Origin: Octopus vulgaris
Lineage: Eukaryota
Length of the DNA: 64,000 nt
NCBI GenBank assembly: GCA_951406725.2
Contig: OX597834.1
Location: forward strand, 4,526,001 to 4,590,000
Reading direction: 5' to 3'
The translations under genes were made by a program, and so were the position numbers. Below the pieces are notes generated by a model. The model did not search any database, was not told where the DNA came from, and saw only the letters and a list, made by a program, of their open reading frames with translations. Positions 1-13,779 of the stretch are shown here, piece by piece. Numbering within the stretch: position 1 is the first letter of the stretch; each line of letters starts with the position of its first letter.

Positions 1-761
1 ATTGTTACTGCTTTGTATGTGGAATCTTGATTGTTGGTCTCTATTGGAAAGGCGTCTGTTATGGATTATTTACAATACACCAAGTGATAGGCCTAGCCAC
101 GTAAAATATTATACAATTACTTGATTTTCATCTCTTTGCATCAGGTTGACTCGTTCCCATATTACTAAAAGTTTGGAGAATGCAAAACGTGCCGACATCT
201 TTCGATGATACTTATGTGAGAGGGTAGAGGAACCTTCCGCACAGACACAATTTTACGCAATATATATATCCATGTTAACTTGTTCATAATATTTTTAACA
301 AAAATTCTTCACTTTGGGGAGAATTATCTCCGCTTCTGGTGACGCTCTTTGCAAGAAGAAGGTTAAAGTCTATGTTTTGATGAGGAGAACCAACAACAAG
401 GAAACATGTTCAGAATTGTTGCTTGTACTTGCCGGAGTGCTTGACATTAATATTCATTCCAAATGTTGTCACAAGGCCAGCAATTTCGAGGAGGGAGGGT
501 GTAATTTGATTATATCAATCTCAATACTTAACTGATACTTATTTTATCGACTCCGAAAAGATGAAAAGATAAAGTCGAACTCGACAGAATTTGAACTCAG
601 AAGTTAAAGACGGACGAAATGTCGCCAAGCCTTTTGTCCGGCGTGCCAACGATTCCGACAACTCACCACCTTGATGTTTCACATAATATTACTAATTGAC
701 TAACATTATCTTTTCAACAACTTATTATTTGTGACTAGCGTTTTAATCTTCTTAAGCACTC

Positions 762-1101
762 CGAATCAACGGAACAGCCTGCTCGTGAAATTAACGTGTA
801 AGTGGCTGAGCACTCCACAGACACGTGTACCCTTAACGTAGTTCTCGGGGATATTCAGCGTGACACAGAGAGTGACAAGGCCGACCCTTTGAAATACAGG
901 TACAACAGAAACAGGAAGTAAGAGTGAGAGAAAGTTGTGGTGAAAGAGTACAGCAGGGATCACCACCATCCCCTGCCGGAGCCTCGTGAAGCTTTAGGTG
1001 TTTTCGCTCAATAAACACTCACAACGCCCGGTCTGGGAATCGAAACCGCGATCCTACGACCGCGAGTCCGCTGCCCTAACCACTGGGCCATTGCGCCTCC
1101 A
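762..1101 (-). mobile_element. tRNA-derived SINE, family B
   Basis: Minus-strand head GGAGGCGCAATGGCCCAGTGG (A box)...GGTTTCGATTCC (B box). Near-identical copies at 14965 and 42168. Confidence 0.9.
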
Positions 1102-1857
1102 GCGTTTTAATATTCACTAAGGCAACAATAACTTGACAAAAGTATATATATATAAACAGCTGTCTCATAAACTGCTTAGGGATTAGGTTTTGTTTTTGAA
1201 GAGCGATAGTTCTGTTTTCATCAATGACGTCATACAGCAATATATAATTTGCAAAATGAACGTAATGTAGATAAAATATTAGAAAAGGAGATAAAACGAT
1301 CTATTGTGGTGGTTGTGAGCAAATCTAATTAGGTATTGATTTCTCAAAATTGCTTAAAGCTATGCTTATTTGCAAGAAAAATACCCAGCAAAAATACTAT
1401 CTCGGTGCGCAGCTGGTACTTATTGGTACTTATACAGGGAGGCTAAAACGCAAAGGCATCCTCTGTATGACTTAAAACCTGATTAAATGAACACTATAAA
1501 TTCCTTTATACAGTGCACCGACATTTTTGCCTCTCATATGCTCAATATTGACACGCACATATATTTTATCGGCCCTGGAAGCATAAAAAGTGAAATTAGT
1601 TTCAGCTTGATTAGATCTCAGATCACGAAGATACACAAGTAAAAAACATTCTGACAGACTTTATCCCAATTCTGCCAATCAGCAGTTCTAAAGACAAGAG
1701 TTTCTCTCACGAGAATAGAACATATATACCATACTACCGATAAACCCGTTACAAATTGCGCCATAAATGTATTGTGAATATAATTAAATACTGATTTTTC
1801 AATACAGGAATAATATCTGAAATGTGACTCAAAGTATGGGTAATTATATCATTTCCG

Positions 1858-2264
1858 AAGACGGCGAGCTGGCAGTAACGTCAGCGAAATGCTTAGCGGT
1901 ATTTCTTCTGCCGTTACGTTCTGAGTTCAAATTCCGCCGAGGTCGACTTTGCCTTTCATCCTTTCGGGGTCGATAAATTAAGTACCAGTTTTCACTGGGG
2001 TCGATATAATCGACTTAATACCTATGTCTGTCCTTGTTTGTCCCCTCTATGTTTAGCCCCTTGTGGGTAATAAAGAAATAGGTATTTCGTCTGCCGTTAC
2101 GTTCTGAGTTCAAATTCCGCCGAGGTCGACTTTGCCTTTCATCCTTTCGAGGTCGATTAAATAAGTACCAGTTACGCACTGGCGTCGATATAATCGACTT
2201 GATCTGTTTGTCTGTCCTTGTTTGTCCCCTCTGTGTTTAGTCCCTTGTGGGTAGTAAAGAAATA
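1858..2264 (+). mobile_element. tRNA-derived SINE family C, head-to-tail dimer with 19-bp TSD
   Basis: ggcgagctggcag..gagttcaaattcc..gtcgactttgcctttcatcctttcggggtcgat; the body is repeated. TSD GGTAATTATATCATTTCCG at 1839-1857 and 2265-2283. Confidence 0.9.
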
Positions 2265-3647
2265 GGTAATTATATCATTTCCGGTACTTGGATGGTACCT
2301 AATTTTATCGATCTGTGTTCAAATTCCTCTGCGAGATTTGATCTCACGTTTTAAAGATTTATAAGGAAATATCGCAATAGTTTTGCAAATGTTTATTCTT
2401 TCTCTGAGACTATCGTTATGGAAGTTGTCAGTTTCAAGACCAAATTTAGAATCCTTTCTCAGGAACGATGGCCTGAACCCTGCACCATAAGGCACCCATT
2501 AAAGGAAAATAGCATAGTAACAGTGCCAGCAACAATTTCCAAAGAACAAGTTAATTATAATAATCAATAAATAAATCAGTTTCAAACCTTAATAAATCAC
2601 ATTTTGTTATTCATTATACTTCACCAGCGAATCCCAGAAGGAAACATGGCATTTCGATTTTGTGTATGTTTTACTGATTTTTTATTATAATTTACACTTA
2701 AATAGAATTCCGGGACAAAGGAAAATTAAAATGTAATAACTGGTTGGGGTGTTAGTTGACAAACAAAACTTATTTTATAGAATTTTATTTTTTACTTTTC
2801 ACGATGTGTTTTTTTTAATATATTTATTTTGTTGTTTACATTTTAGCAATTACTATTTAAAATAATGGACTTTATAATTTGCTGAAGATGAAATAAGAGA
2901 ATAAAAAATTTAATGTAATCTTAAGGGAAAAGATAAAAAAGAAAAATACAAGAGTGAGAGGGGGAGAGAGAGAGAGAAAGAGAAAGAAAGAGATGAAAAA
3001 GAAAGAAAGAGAGGGAGAAAGAGCACGAAAGAAAGCGAAAGAGAGAGAGAAAGAGAAAGAAAGAGAGGAAAAAGAGAGAAAGAAAGAGTGAGAAAAAGAG
3101 CCCAAAAGAAAGCGAAAGAGAGAAAGAAATGGTTGGAAAAAGTATGAATATAGAAATAGAAAGAATGGGTTAGAGAATTATTATAATTTGAGAGATGAAA
3201 GTGAGAAAGAAAGACTGACATATAAGCAAACGAAGACAAGAAGAAATAGGTAAGAATGAAATAAAATACTGGAAAAATTCGGACGTTCATTTCAGTGAAA
3301 ATGGAAGCAGACGATAGCCTTTAAAATCCCCCATGTTAGGAGTAAGAATTAGGATTACTGGAAGTTGTAAGAGAAAAAAAGTACGATAGAGAATGAAGGG
3401 CCAGAGTTTTCAGGTTGCTTTCAATCCTGCTTATCTTCCACATTTTCATTTGTTTAAAAAAACCCCACATGCAAGAGCGCGGTGCAACACCACCTCATAA
3501 ACAACAGAGATGCACGCAAATGCACGTGTGTTAGACTCACACAAACACTCACACACGCGTATATATAAATATGTATATATACACATACATATTTATAATA
3601 TATTTATAATGTTTGTATATATGTATATACATACGTACATACATACG

Positions 3648-3699
<52 letters not shown>

Positions 3700-3725
3700 T
3701 ATACATACATATATATAATAAAGAT

Positions 3726-3957
3726 AAGGCGGTGAGCTGGCAGAAACGTTAGTACGTCGGGCGAAATGCGTAGCCGTATTTCGTCTGCCGCTACGTTCAG
3801 AGTTCAAATTCCGCCGAGGTCGACTTTGCCTTTCATCCCTTCGGGGTCGATAAATTAAGTACCAGTTACGCACTGGGTCGATGTAATCGACTTAATCCGT
3901 TTGTCTGTCCTTGTTTGTCTCCTCTGTGTTAAGCCCCTTGTGGGTAGTAAAGAAATA
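3726..3957 (+). mobile_element. SINE family C
   Basis: aaggcggtgagctggcagaaacgttag...gtgggtagtaaagaaata. Confidence 0.88.
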
Positions 3958-3985
3958 ATATATATAATATAGACATAAACACATT

Positions 3986-4040
<55 letters not shown>

Positions 4041-4043
<3 letters not shown>

Positions 4044-4558
4044 AAATAAGAAAATGGAGGAATAGATTTCTTTCAATCATCAACTTCCAGATAATACCAA
4101 TTCATATAATTTATTAACTAATTATTTAGATTAAATAGGAACATCCAAATCCAAAAGAATAATACAGAATAAAACAATATACATCAATAAGTAAGATAAT
4201 ACCATAAGAATAATACATATAAAATTGATCTTACAGCTGTTTCAGCCTGTAGATAAGGGTATCTCATTATGCCCATATTAGTCAGATGTATTGAGGTAAT
4301 ATGCAGTATAAAAATGAGTTACTTATATATATATATATATCAAGGCCTCGTCAGAGATTATAAAGTACAATTATTAAGATATAAAAGGAAGATATAAAAT
4401 GCAAATATGAATATTAAAGAAGGTACACATATACAAGAATATGCATATATACATGTATACATATAAGTGTATATACACCTACATATACATATATATAAGT
4501 ATATACATAATAATATACATACACATAAGGTTACAGTTAATCAGATCTATATACTGGA

Positions 4559-4596
<38 letters not shown>

Positions 4597-5114
4597 CCAC
4601 ATCAAAGTATATATATACATATATATATATTAATGGATGCTTTTGCGCATGTATATATAGGCATGTCCATGTATTTCGTACCTGTGTGTATATATATGTA
4701 TGTAGATTTAAACTAAAGTTTCGATTCTCGCTGTATGATATATGAATATAATGACATTGTATATTGTGACATTGTATATTGTGACATTGTATATTGTTTT
4801 GCATTATTTTATTATATTGAATTAATTAATTTACAGGCATCCCCCATTTGCATCTGTCTATATATTAGGTTATACTATACATTATATATTGTATATCTGA
4901 TATGTAATGTAATATATTATATTTTATTATGTTGTGTTACACTGTATTATATTATGCTGTATTTTATGTGGTATTTTCCATCCACTATGTATCGTGAATA
5001 GGAGAATGCACATATTCCTTTATTGGTATTATTATTAATAACAATAATATTAATAGTTTTTAGTAATGTAATGCAATAAACTTTGGACTTTGTATATGGA
5101 CACTTTGATGTGGA

Positions 5115-5145
<31 letters not shown>

Positions 5146-5411
5146 TCCAGTATATAGATCTGATTAACTGTAACCTTATGTGTATGTATATTATTATGTA
5201 TATACTTATATATATGTATATGTAGGTGTATATACACTTATTTGTATATATGTATACATGCATATTCTTGTATATGTGTACCTTCTTTAATATTCATATT
5301 TGCATTTTATATCTTCCTTTTATATCTTAATAATTGTACTTTATAATCTCTGACGAGGCCTTGAGATATATATATAAGTAACTAATTTTTATACAGCATA
5401 TTACCTCAATA
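4041..5411 (-). mobile_element. Penelope-like non-coding element with ~315-bp inverted repeat
   Basis: 4289-4608 is the reverse complement of 5102-5411. It carries the HHR above, and its left end abuts (TA)n at ~3993-4040. Confidence 0.65.
4228..4358 (-). ncRNA. Type I hammerhead ribozyme with 94-nt loop II
   Basis: Minus strand: ATCT-CTGACGA-GGCCT..94nt..AGGCT-GAAAC AGCT GTA^AGAT, with palindromic stem III ACAGCTGT. Confidence 0.75.
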
Positions 5412-7561
5412 TGAGATGGAGGATAGGTCAAAATTGTAGTCTATGTACAAGACACACATTGTATGTTTCTTTCAATTTGGCTTATGTTTCTCTCTGGCTT
5501 ATTTCAAGACCGCGACAATGCTGGTGCACTATCTAGAATGTTTTACATATAGTGACTAAACCTAAAAAAAAATGAAAAATTGATAATAATTTAATTTTAC
5601 TTGAAAAGAAAATTTCAAACAGTACACCGAATCGCTTGTCCAATGATTATTCTGGAAGCGCGCCTGGCAGCAGGCTGTCAGCCTGATGGCGAAACATTTT
5701 CAAATGACAGAATATCTTCCCCGAATACGAACCTGGAAGGTCACTTAAACGGGATTTGTCCCAAATTAAGCCCCCAAAATTCACCACCACAACGACCAGA
5801 AAATCACTAAGAACCAAGTTCGAGAAATATCTAAAAAAAAAAAATCGGAATTGACATGAAATCAGAGTTGAGCAGAGCAACCCCCAAAACTGCTTTGTTG
5901 GGGATAACTAGCGTTTTGAGATTGGTACTTGGATGTTGAATGTCTCCAAAGAAAACCAAGTATCAAGACTTATAATGTACAGAAAGAGACCCCGTGAGAC
6001 GTCTGACAACTGGCTGCTGCCAACTCTCACCGAATCTACTAGAACAAACAGGACCGAACGCTCTGAGAAGTAAAGCAATAATAATAATAATATGTATATA
6101 AAACATCCTATTATAGAATGTTAAATTATAGTTCTTAACAATTTTAGGCATTTGAAGAATGTCTAATAATTCTTTAGATTGATCCAAGAATATCCACAGT
6201 AAGGTACAAAGAGGGACAAAAATTCATACTTCATCATTTTGCAATTCACTTATCCAGTCGATAAATTTGATTCCCTATTTCGTGAAAAGAGTGGTGTATA
6301 TAACATATAGCAAAAAATACCAAAATATTTACGAATTTGAATAAAAAAAGATTCTCTTCAAAATATTTACTGTAACTTAAGTTAACGGTTTACAAGATAT
6401 CGATTTTCCCAAGCAGAGATATATACATAAATGACATACGAGGCAATCCTATTAATGAGAATTAAAAGAGACTCGGTGAAGTTTAAAACGCTTCAACAGG
6501 AATTCAAAACGAATATAAGATGTTTCAAATGGAAATCAAAATATTTTAATTTACAGTTCATATAAAGTTTATGATTTCGTATATATATAAGGCATATATT
6601 ATCGACACGAGGCAAGATTTGAGCTAAAAAATATCGAGTGATAAAACTAAATACAGTAACTGATTTTATCCAATGAGCTGCAGTCTATGTATAATCTACA
6701 GTCTTCACATAGCATATCTATAATTTTGTAAAATGAAATATGCACTCACACACATATACGGAAATATTATATTTAAAAAAAATAACCAGTAAATGTGAGA
6801 AATATTCTATCTGTTAAATTTGCAGGAACTAATTTCAGAATACATTTTACAGTTGAAAGGAGTTTAAGGAACAAAAAATATGCGATACTGCAAGAAAAAC
6901 GACAACGATTATAAACAGAGAAACAAAATAAACACTAACATAAACAATGAATAAATGTGAAAAATAAGAAAAAAAAATTAAGAAAACAAATATCAAACTA
7001 CCCTTTGGTGGGAATTGTTACAGAGTAATATGGATAATTTAATTGGAGAAAAACAGATTTCAGATTTCAAATTACAATTGTTCCTTGTTGGTATCGTTGG
7101 TATTTTTTTCCACGTTTCACTGTTGTTCTTTTCAGTGAAACTTATTTTCGTTCTTAGTACTTTATTTTTGCCTAACATTTCATGTTTTTCTTACTATACA
7201 CACACGCATACGTGCATAAACAAGCATGCACGCACACACACTACACACACACGCACGTACACACACATACACACGTACGCTCGTACACACCCAAACAATA
7301 TGTAGTTATATGTATATGTGTATATTTGTGTGTATATATATATACTTATATGCATAATGTGCATTTGTATACTTATCTATATTTGGATGTAAATATGTAT
7401 ATGTATATATATATCTCTATATCTCTCTATATATGCATATATATGTTTATATATATATGTGTATATGTACTTACATATAAATATATTTGTATGAACATAT
7501 GTATGCGTATACGTATATAGGTATACAATCACTCTCTCCTTGTATATATATATATATATAT

Positions 7562-7643
<82 letters not shown>

Positions 7644-8063
7644 ATTTGTGTACCATTTCTTCGTTTTTTTCCGTCCTTGTTTTCGCACACATTTGCTTGC
7701 TTTCTTCCAAGCAATTTAGTGCTCTTAGCTTAGATTTTCTTGGGACCGGCCAGATTGGAGCAGTCTCGAGTGTAACCGGCCGAAGCTGCTGAGAAAATCT
7801 GTAACTCGACTGAAGATAGAAAACACCTAATGACCCGTCCTTGTTTTTTCCTGTCCTTTTTTTGCAAATTTGAGGAAGGGTTAAGTCGATTACATCGATT
7901 CCAGTTTTCAACAGGTACTTATTTTTAAATCGATCTCGAAAGGGATGAAGGGCAAAGTCACCTTCGACGGAATTTGAACACAGAACGTAGGGACGGACGA
8001 AGAAGTACCGCTAAGCATTTTGTTCAGCGTTCTAGCGATTCTTTCAGCTCATACCTTAAATAA

Positions 8064-8128
<65 letters not shown>

Positions 8129-8435
8129 CACCACCACCACCACCACCATTTGTTTTGAGTAGATAAAGTGTTGCATTGAACCCACTTTTCAGAGCGATCA
8201 GCTGTAATATCAGTGCCAAGAAAGAAGTTGAGACAACCAGACACCAACCGTACTTCGGGTTTTCTTGTACGAGTTCACCTTTTTCTAGAAGGGATGCTCT
8301 AACGAGAATACAGACATGCGCGCGCTCACACCCGTCCCACCACAAACCTACAGACACTCGTGCGCGCTCTCTCAAACACACACACATATATACATAGCAC
8401 TAATATATATATGTACACACACACACACACATACT

Positions 8436-8845
8436 ATCTTTACTCTTTTACTTGTTTCAGTCATTTGACTGCGGCCATGCTGGAGCACCACCTTTAGTCG
8501 AACAAATCAACCCCGGGACTTATTCTTTGTAAGCCTAGTACTTATTCTATCGGTCTCTTTTGCCGAACCGCTAAGTGACGGGGACATAAACACACCAGCA
8601 TCGGTTGTCAGGCAATGCTAGGGGACACACAGACACACAAACATATACACACACATGCACAAATATATATATATACATATACATATATAGGACGGGCTTC
8701 TTTCAGTTTCCATCTACCAAATCCACTCAAAAGGCTTTGGTCGGCTCGAAGCTATATTAGAAGACACTTGCCCAAGGTGCCACGCAGTGGGACTGAACCC
8801 GGAACCATGTGGCTGGTAAGCAAGCTACTTACCACAAAGCCACTC
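8436..8845 (-). mobile_element. tRNA-derived SINE, family A (CORE-like segment, internal microsatellite, (AAAAGAGT)n tail)
   Basis: Minus strand gagtggct..gtggtaag..ggttcagtccc..accttgggcaagtgtcttc...gactgaaacaagtaaaagagtaaag. Confidence 0.88.
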
Positions 8846-8971
8846 ATATATATATATATATACAAACTATGAAGGTCTAGTTCATCGGTGATCTAAACGA
8901 TTAGTACGCCAGGTAAGTGCAGTAACGGATTACTAGAGCTCCAAGGTAGTTATGGAGCCATTGCAGATTTC

Positions 8972-9810
8972 CGATGCAGCGGATATATAATTGTTAAAGA
9001 GGACAACAAACATTAAGGCAAACATCTCAAGTTGTACATAGGCACATTCTCAAATAGATTTTCAAATTCATTCTCTGTGAGAATTCTATTTCATATTTGA
9101 CTGTGGCTTTGAAGATTTCAAGTTTGAAGTCTCTACTTAGATTTGATGACCAGATCTTATGCATGTCATTACAGGCTGACCAGGCCATACCCTTTCTAGT
9201 TAGAAAGTCTTTTCCAGATGATGATATGTATGACCCAAGATATTTGTAATCAGAAACCATATTTAAGGGCGCATTGTTGAGAGTATGGATGATGCAATCA
9301 CTGTTGGACAGGCACTTGTTTATGTATTCAGTCTTGGCCTCATTGAGGTAAAGACCTACACAATTTGAGGCTTGTTCAAATCTTCAAAGCCACAGTCGAA
9401 CCAATTCTACTATATGGCTCAGAAATCTGGACGTTATCAAAGAAGCTTGAGAGGCGGTTGGATGGAACCTACACTCGCCTCCTTATGAGAGGTCAAAATC
9501 TCTCGTGGAAGGGCCATCCAACCAAAATGCAAATATATGGGAAGCTACCACCTGTGTCATCTCTTGTGAAAGGTAGGAGAGTCCAGTTTGCTGGACATTG
9601 TTGTAGAGCTGAAAAACAGGTAATTTCTACTCTTCTCCTCTGGAAGCCATCTACTCGCAATACCAGAGGGCGCACACTCTCCTACCCTGATGTAATCTCC
9701 AGAGATACAGGCATCCAGCAACGGGACCTCCGTAATGCCATGATGGACCGTGAAGTCTGGCGTAGCATGGTAAATTCCATTGTCTCGACCACAATCGAAC
9801 AATAATGATG
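8972..9810 (+). mobile_element. RTE-like LINE 3' fragment with inverted 5' part
   Basis: ORF 9365-9805 IFKATVEPILLYGSEIW...QFAGHC...DREVWR is a typical post-RT C-terminus. 9099-9365 encodes the upstream RT tail (YKYLGSYI) on the minus strand. Tail aataatgatg. Candidate TSD ATTGCAGATTTC at 8960-8971 and 9811-9822. Confidence 0.8.
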
Positions 9811-10134
9811 ATTGCAGATTTCAGCTATTATTTGTTCAGACATCTTTATTTACAAATAACGTGTGGTTACTCAAATAAAAACGAGTTTATTGTTGACCAT
9901 ACTCTCATCAAAAAGTAACACTTAAGAAAACGTATTTACATCATTGATTAAAATATTTGATTATATAACTAATTAAAGGAGAGAAACTCAATTAATTCAA
10001 AATACTTTCAAAATAGCTGCTGGGGAAAGCGATTAAACATATTTTCACTGTATTCACTTTTGGTTGTAAGTTTTTGATTGTTTCTCTCAATATTTATCTT
10101 TCTGTTTCATCTACATAAGTCTCTGGTGATACCT

Positions 10135-10370
<236 letters not shown>

Positions 10371-10558
10371 GTAGTAGAGCAGTTGTTTCTGTTTTTCATC
10401 TTCACTGAGTTTCTTATATCGTTACCTGTGAAGCCTGTGGTGCAGACGAGAAACTCTAAGACATTGAAGAGCAAGTTATCTACAGCTACTATTCCATGAT
10501 ATGTGCGTGTATGTTTTTATATGTTTATATACATACATACACACACACACACAAACAC

Positions 10559-10631
<73 letters not shown>

Positions 10632-10672
10632 ATTGAATAAATTGGAGTCAACAAGGAGTAAGGTATTTTTTA

Positions 10673-10778
10673 ATCATTACAATTGTTTCCACACTACATA
10701 GTTCTTTAAAAATACAAGTATTTGACTGTGCAACTGTTTGTTTGCATAATGAGACCTAGTTGTGTATCCTCAGGTGAT
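10673..10778 (-). ncRNA. Type I hammerhead ribozyme with 67-nt loop II (one stem I mismatch)
   Basis: Minus strand: ATCAC-CTGAGGA-TACAC..67nt..GTGTG-GAAAC AATT GTA^ATGAT. It lies ~45 nt from (TA)n at 10561-10628. Confidence 0.65.
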
Positions 10779-11169
10779 ATTCAAGTGTTGTCTCCTTTAG
10801 TTTAAAATCTTCGACTTCAAAGCCATCCCATCCGTCTGTCTTGGTTTGAATTTAGTAGTAGCTGGTAGATTTAAGTTGTTCGCTTCCAGAGTGCGTTTAC
10901 CGGACTGGTATGAGTGGTAGTGGAAGGCTGTTTTGGTACTGGGTGATCGCTGACCTGTTCTTCATGGCTGGTTGCACATGTGAATTTCATTAGCTGACCT
11001 TCAGTATTCAGTAGTCGGACACATACACCCATACACACACAAAGATCCACACATACCCTCCCACACACAATCGTATGTATATATGCCTATGTATACACAA
11101 GACGCTCCCATATACATACTCCAGTTTGGCCAACAGCTTGAGGAAAGCGAAATTCTAGGTCAAGGTTCT

Positions 11170-11340
11170 CGCTAAAGTGGTTGGATGTAGAGGTTTTGTG
11201 GGCAAATCTACCTACGATCTCATGAAACAACTCGCAGGCTCTAGGAAGAAGAGGACCAAAGCCCTAACAGCAATTTCAAAGACAGCGGAGCAGTGTTCCT
11301 GCTTCATCTGGTCGCAGAGGGGAAAAAAGCGATCGCCATA
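11170..11340 (+). pseudogene. HERO/NeSL-like non-LTR retrotransposon restriction-like endonuclease C-terminal remnant
   Basis: VGCRGFVGKS...AISKTAEQCSCFIWSQR resembles the EVGCRGF...AE..S.WLW motif of this group. Confidence 0.6.
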
Positions 11341-13779
11341 TCGTTTGAGGACAATGTGTTTGTATTTTAACGCGAGGGGAAGTAACTCTGAGTGATTCAT
11401 GAGTGTAGTGTTGACGTTTCACCACTATCATGACTACTAATGTTATTTGTTATTTAAATATGAGTTTGAAAGCAGATGCAGCGGAGAGGAGTTTCAGGTA
11501 GACCAAATTATTTATTAATGTTTAAATGAACAAGTCTCCGATATCCAAGTGACAAGAACATGTCCAAAGAAGAGCGCTCAGGAGTCTTGACCTAGATGTG
11601 GCTCGGCCTCCTTACTCTAAGTGGGCCGAGCCGCATCGAAGTAAGAAGTTTAGGGTCGTAACACTTTTCTGAGCGGGGTTTCTTTTCTGAAGACCTTCTG
11701 CTGCTCAGCTTTCTCGAGAGTTTCTTATCACGAAACTCAATAAATTAATTATGGTATAAATGCATAAACAAGGTCTCATAAATTACCAGAATTGGAGGAG
11801 AAATTACTCCACCAAACTTCTTATGGTAAAGTAAAATACACAAGCAAAACAATCCCTTTCCGACCTTTAATATTTCAGATTATTACATTATCACAAAACA
11901 TCGCTAAACTTTGTTAAACAATAAACACATACAATATATATTAATCCGAAGAATTCCAAGATATCTGAATAGAAGGAGGCAACATCTCCACTTTGAGCTG
12001 TAGAAAAAGAATCTCTAAATTAAATTTCCATTAGCAGAAACCATTATAACTGTATTAAACAATGATTTAAAACACGCAATAATAAACATACTCACAATAC
12101 TAGCTAATATCATGAAAAATTTAGGTAACACAACGAAACATTTATTAGCGTTTTGTAAAGGAAAAATGTAGCGGTATCTTGTACATTTCAAAAATGAAAT
12201 TTCAGTGTCTATTAAGGAAATTAATGATGCATGAAAAAAGTGAAGTAACCATAGGCTTACACTTTAGGCCTACGTTTGCGACGTTCTATGTGTTTACTAT
12301 AGAAACCAATATATTTGGCATAATGGAGGCGCTGAAAAATTTAAAGAGGAGATGGTAACAACTGCTTCTCTAAAAAATATATATATTTGCGATAAATGCA
12401 ATTTCTCCATTTCAAGACATAAACATTCTGAAAGAAATATAAGATAGATTAGTTCCTTTTACGCCAAAGACACAAATAAATGCATATAATTCTACGGAAA
12501 CAGCGAATGCATGCAAGGATGCAAATGTTAGTGGTAAACTGCTTGTTTAGAAACGCATTTAAATCCTTTTTCACAAAAGAAGCATTAAATGAAATGATTC
12601 ACAGAACAGTAGAAACATCAATAAAAGCGAGGAGAATCAAACCAACGGAGCAAACCACATAACAAAGCAAATATAAATACGCAATTCTAAATACATAAGA
12701 CATTGCTCCTATTAAAAGATACAACCCATACAAACCATTCATAAAATATATTATATAAAAGGAATTGTTGAAAAGTGTTAAATATCACATTATACGGTGC
12801 ACAAAGGATGTTGTACCAAATTATAAGGTAACAACCACAATGTTCTATACGCTAAGATCCATAACAAATCACCAACACAAAAACCTATGAACAAATTACT
12901 AATGACCAATATGATTAATAAAGTTTTGCAAGCATAAAAGTTGTGAACTTCCTAAGTGCAACTGTTTATTGGAGATACAACTACAACAACCATCAGCCGG
13001 TGAATTGAAGCCCCTAAGCCACACAGAAGAACAAAATACTATATAAATAACATTCCTAGATGGCACATATAACCTGTAGAATTCCTCCCATGCTCCACCA
13101 AAGGATACATATCTAGGATTATAGGTAAGGCTTGTATCCATAAGGATAAGAGAGTCGTGGGCATTAGCATCAAATAAAAGTTGCATTATAATTTCATGAA
13201 ATATTTTGCATTATTTCAATAGCAATAAAGATCAAAATAAAAATTGTAGTTTGAAATTATGCACAAATATATGACTATATTATATTTTAAAGACCGATAG
13301 AAACTCAGTGCATTCTTGATTATATATTTTTCCTGTATGCTGTGATTTACACGGATCCTTTTTCACTATATTGTGTCATACAAATTTCTAAAAATTTTTC
13401 GAAAGCAAAGACATGGCACAACGAATTAAACTAAGAAAATTTTCGTACGAGATTATCCATTCAAGCAGGAGAAATGAAAAAGAGGCTACACTGTAGAATG
13501 AGGAAGAGGAGAACTAAGTACTTAGGTCAGTGATATGAAAAGCATCAGCACAATCTGTGCGTCAAGGCCATAAGAACATAGATTGCGAAGTAGAAAGGTA
13601 TGTGATAATATTCCCAAGGCTACTTTTCTCATAAGTAAACCAAATGGATTATGTATTGAATTAATATTTAGCGTAAGAAAATTCGCTTTTAGGAACAATC
13701 AGTGAAATCGAACCAAATCGAAAATATACGAACATTGGTTAACCTTAACTCTTAGCTGGAAAATTACGAGTGGACAGAA

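Noticed and set aside
1030-1101. tRNA-like sequence with A and B boxes
   Set aside because: It is the head of a multi-copy SINE, without a proper acceptor stem.
12899-13186. 95-aa ORF in non-repetitive sequence
   Set aside because: No recognisable motif or clear splice context; the length is within chance expectation.
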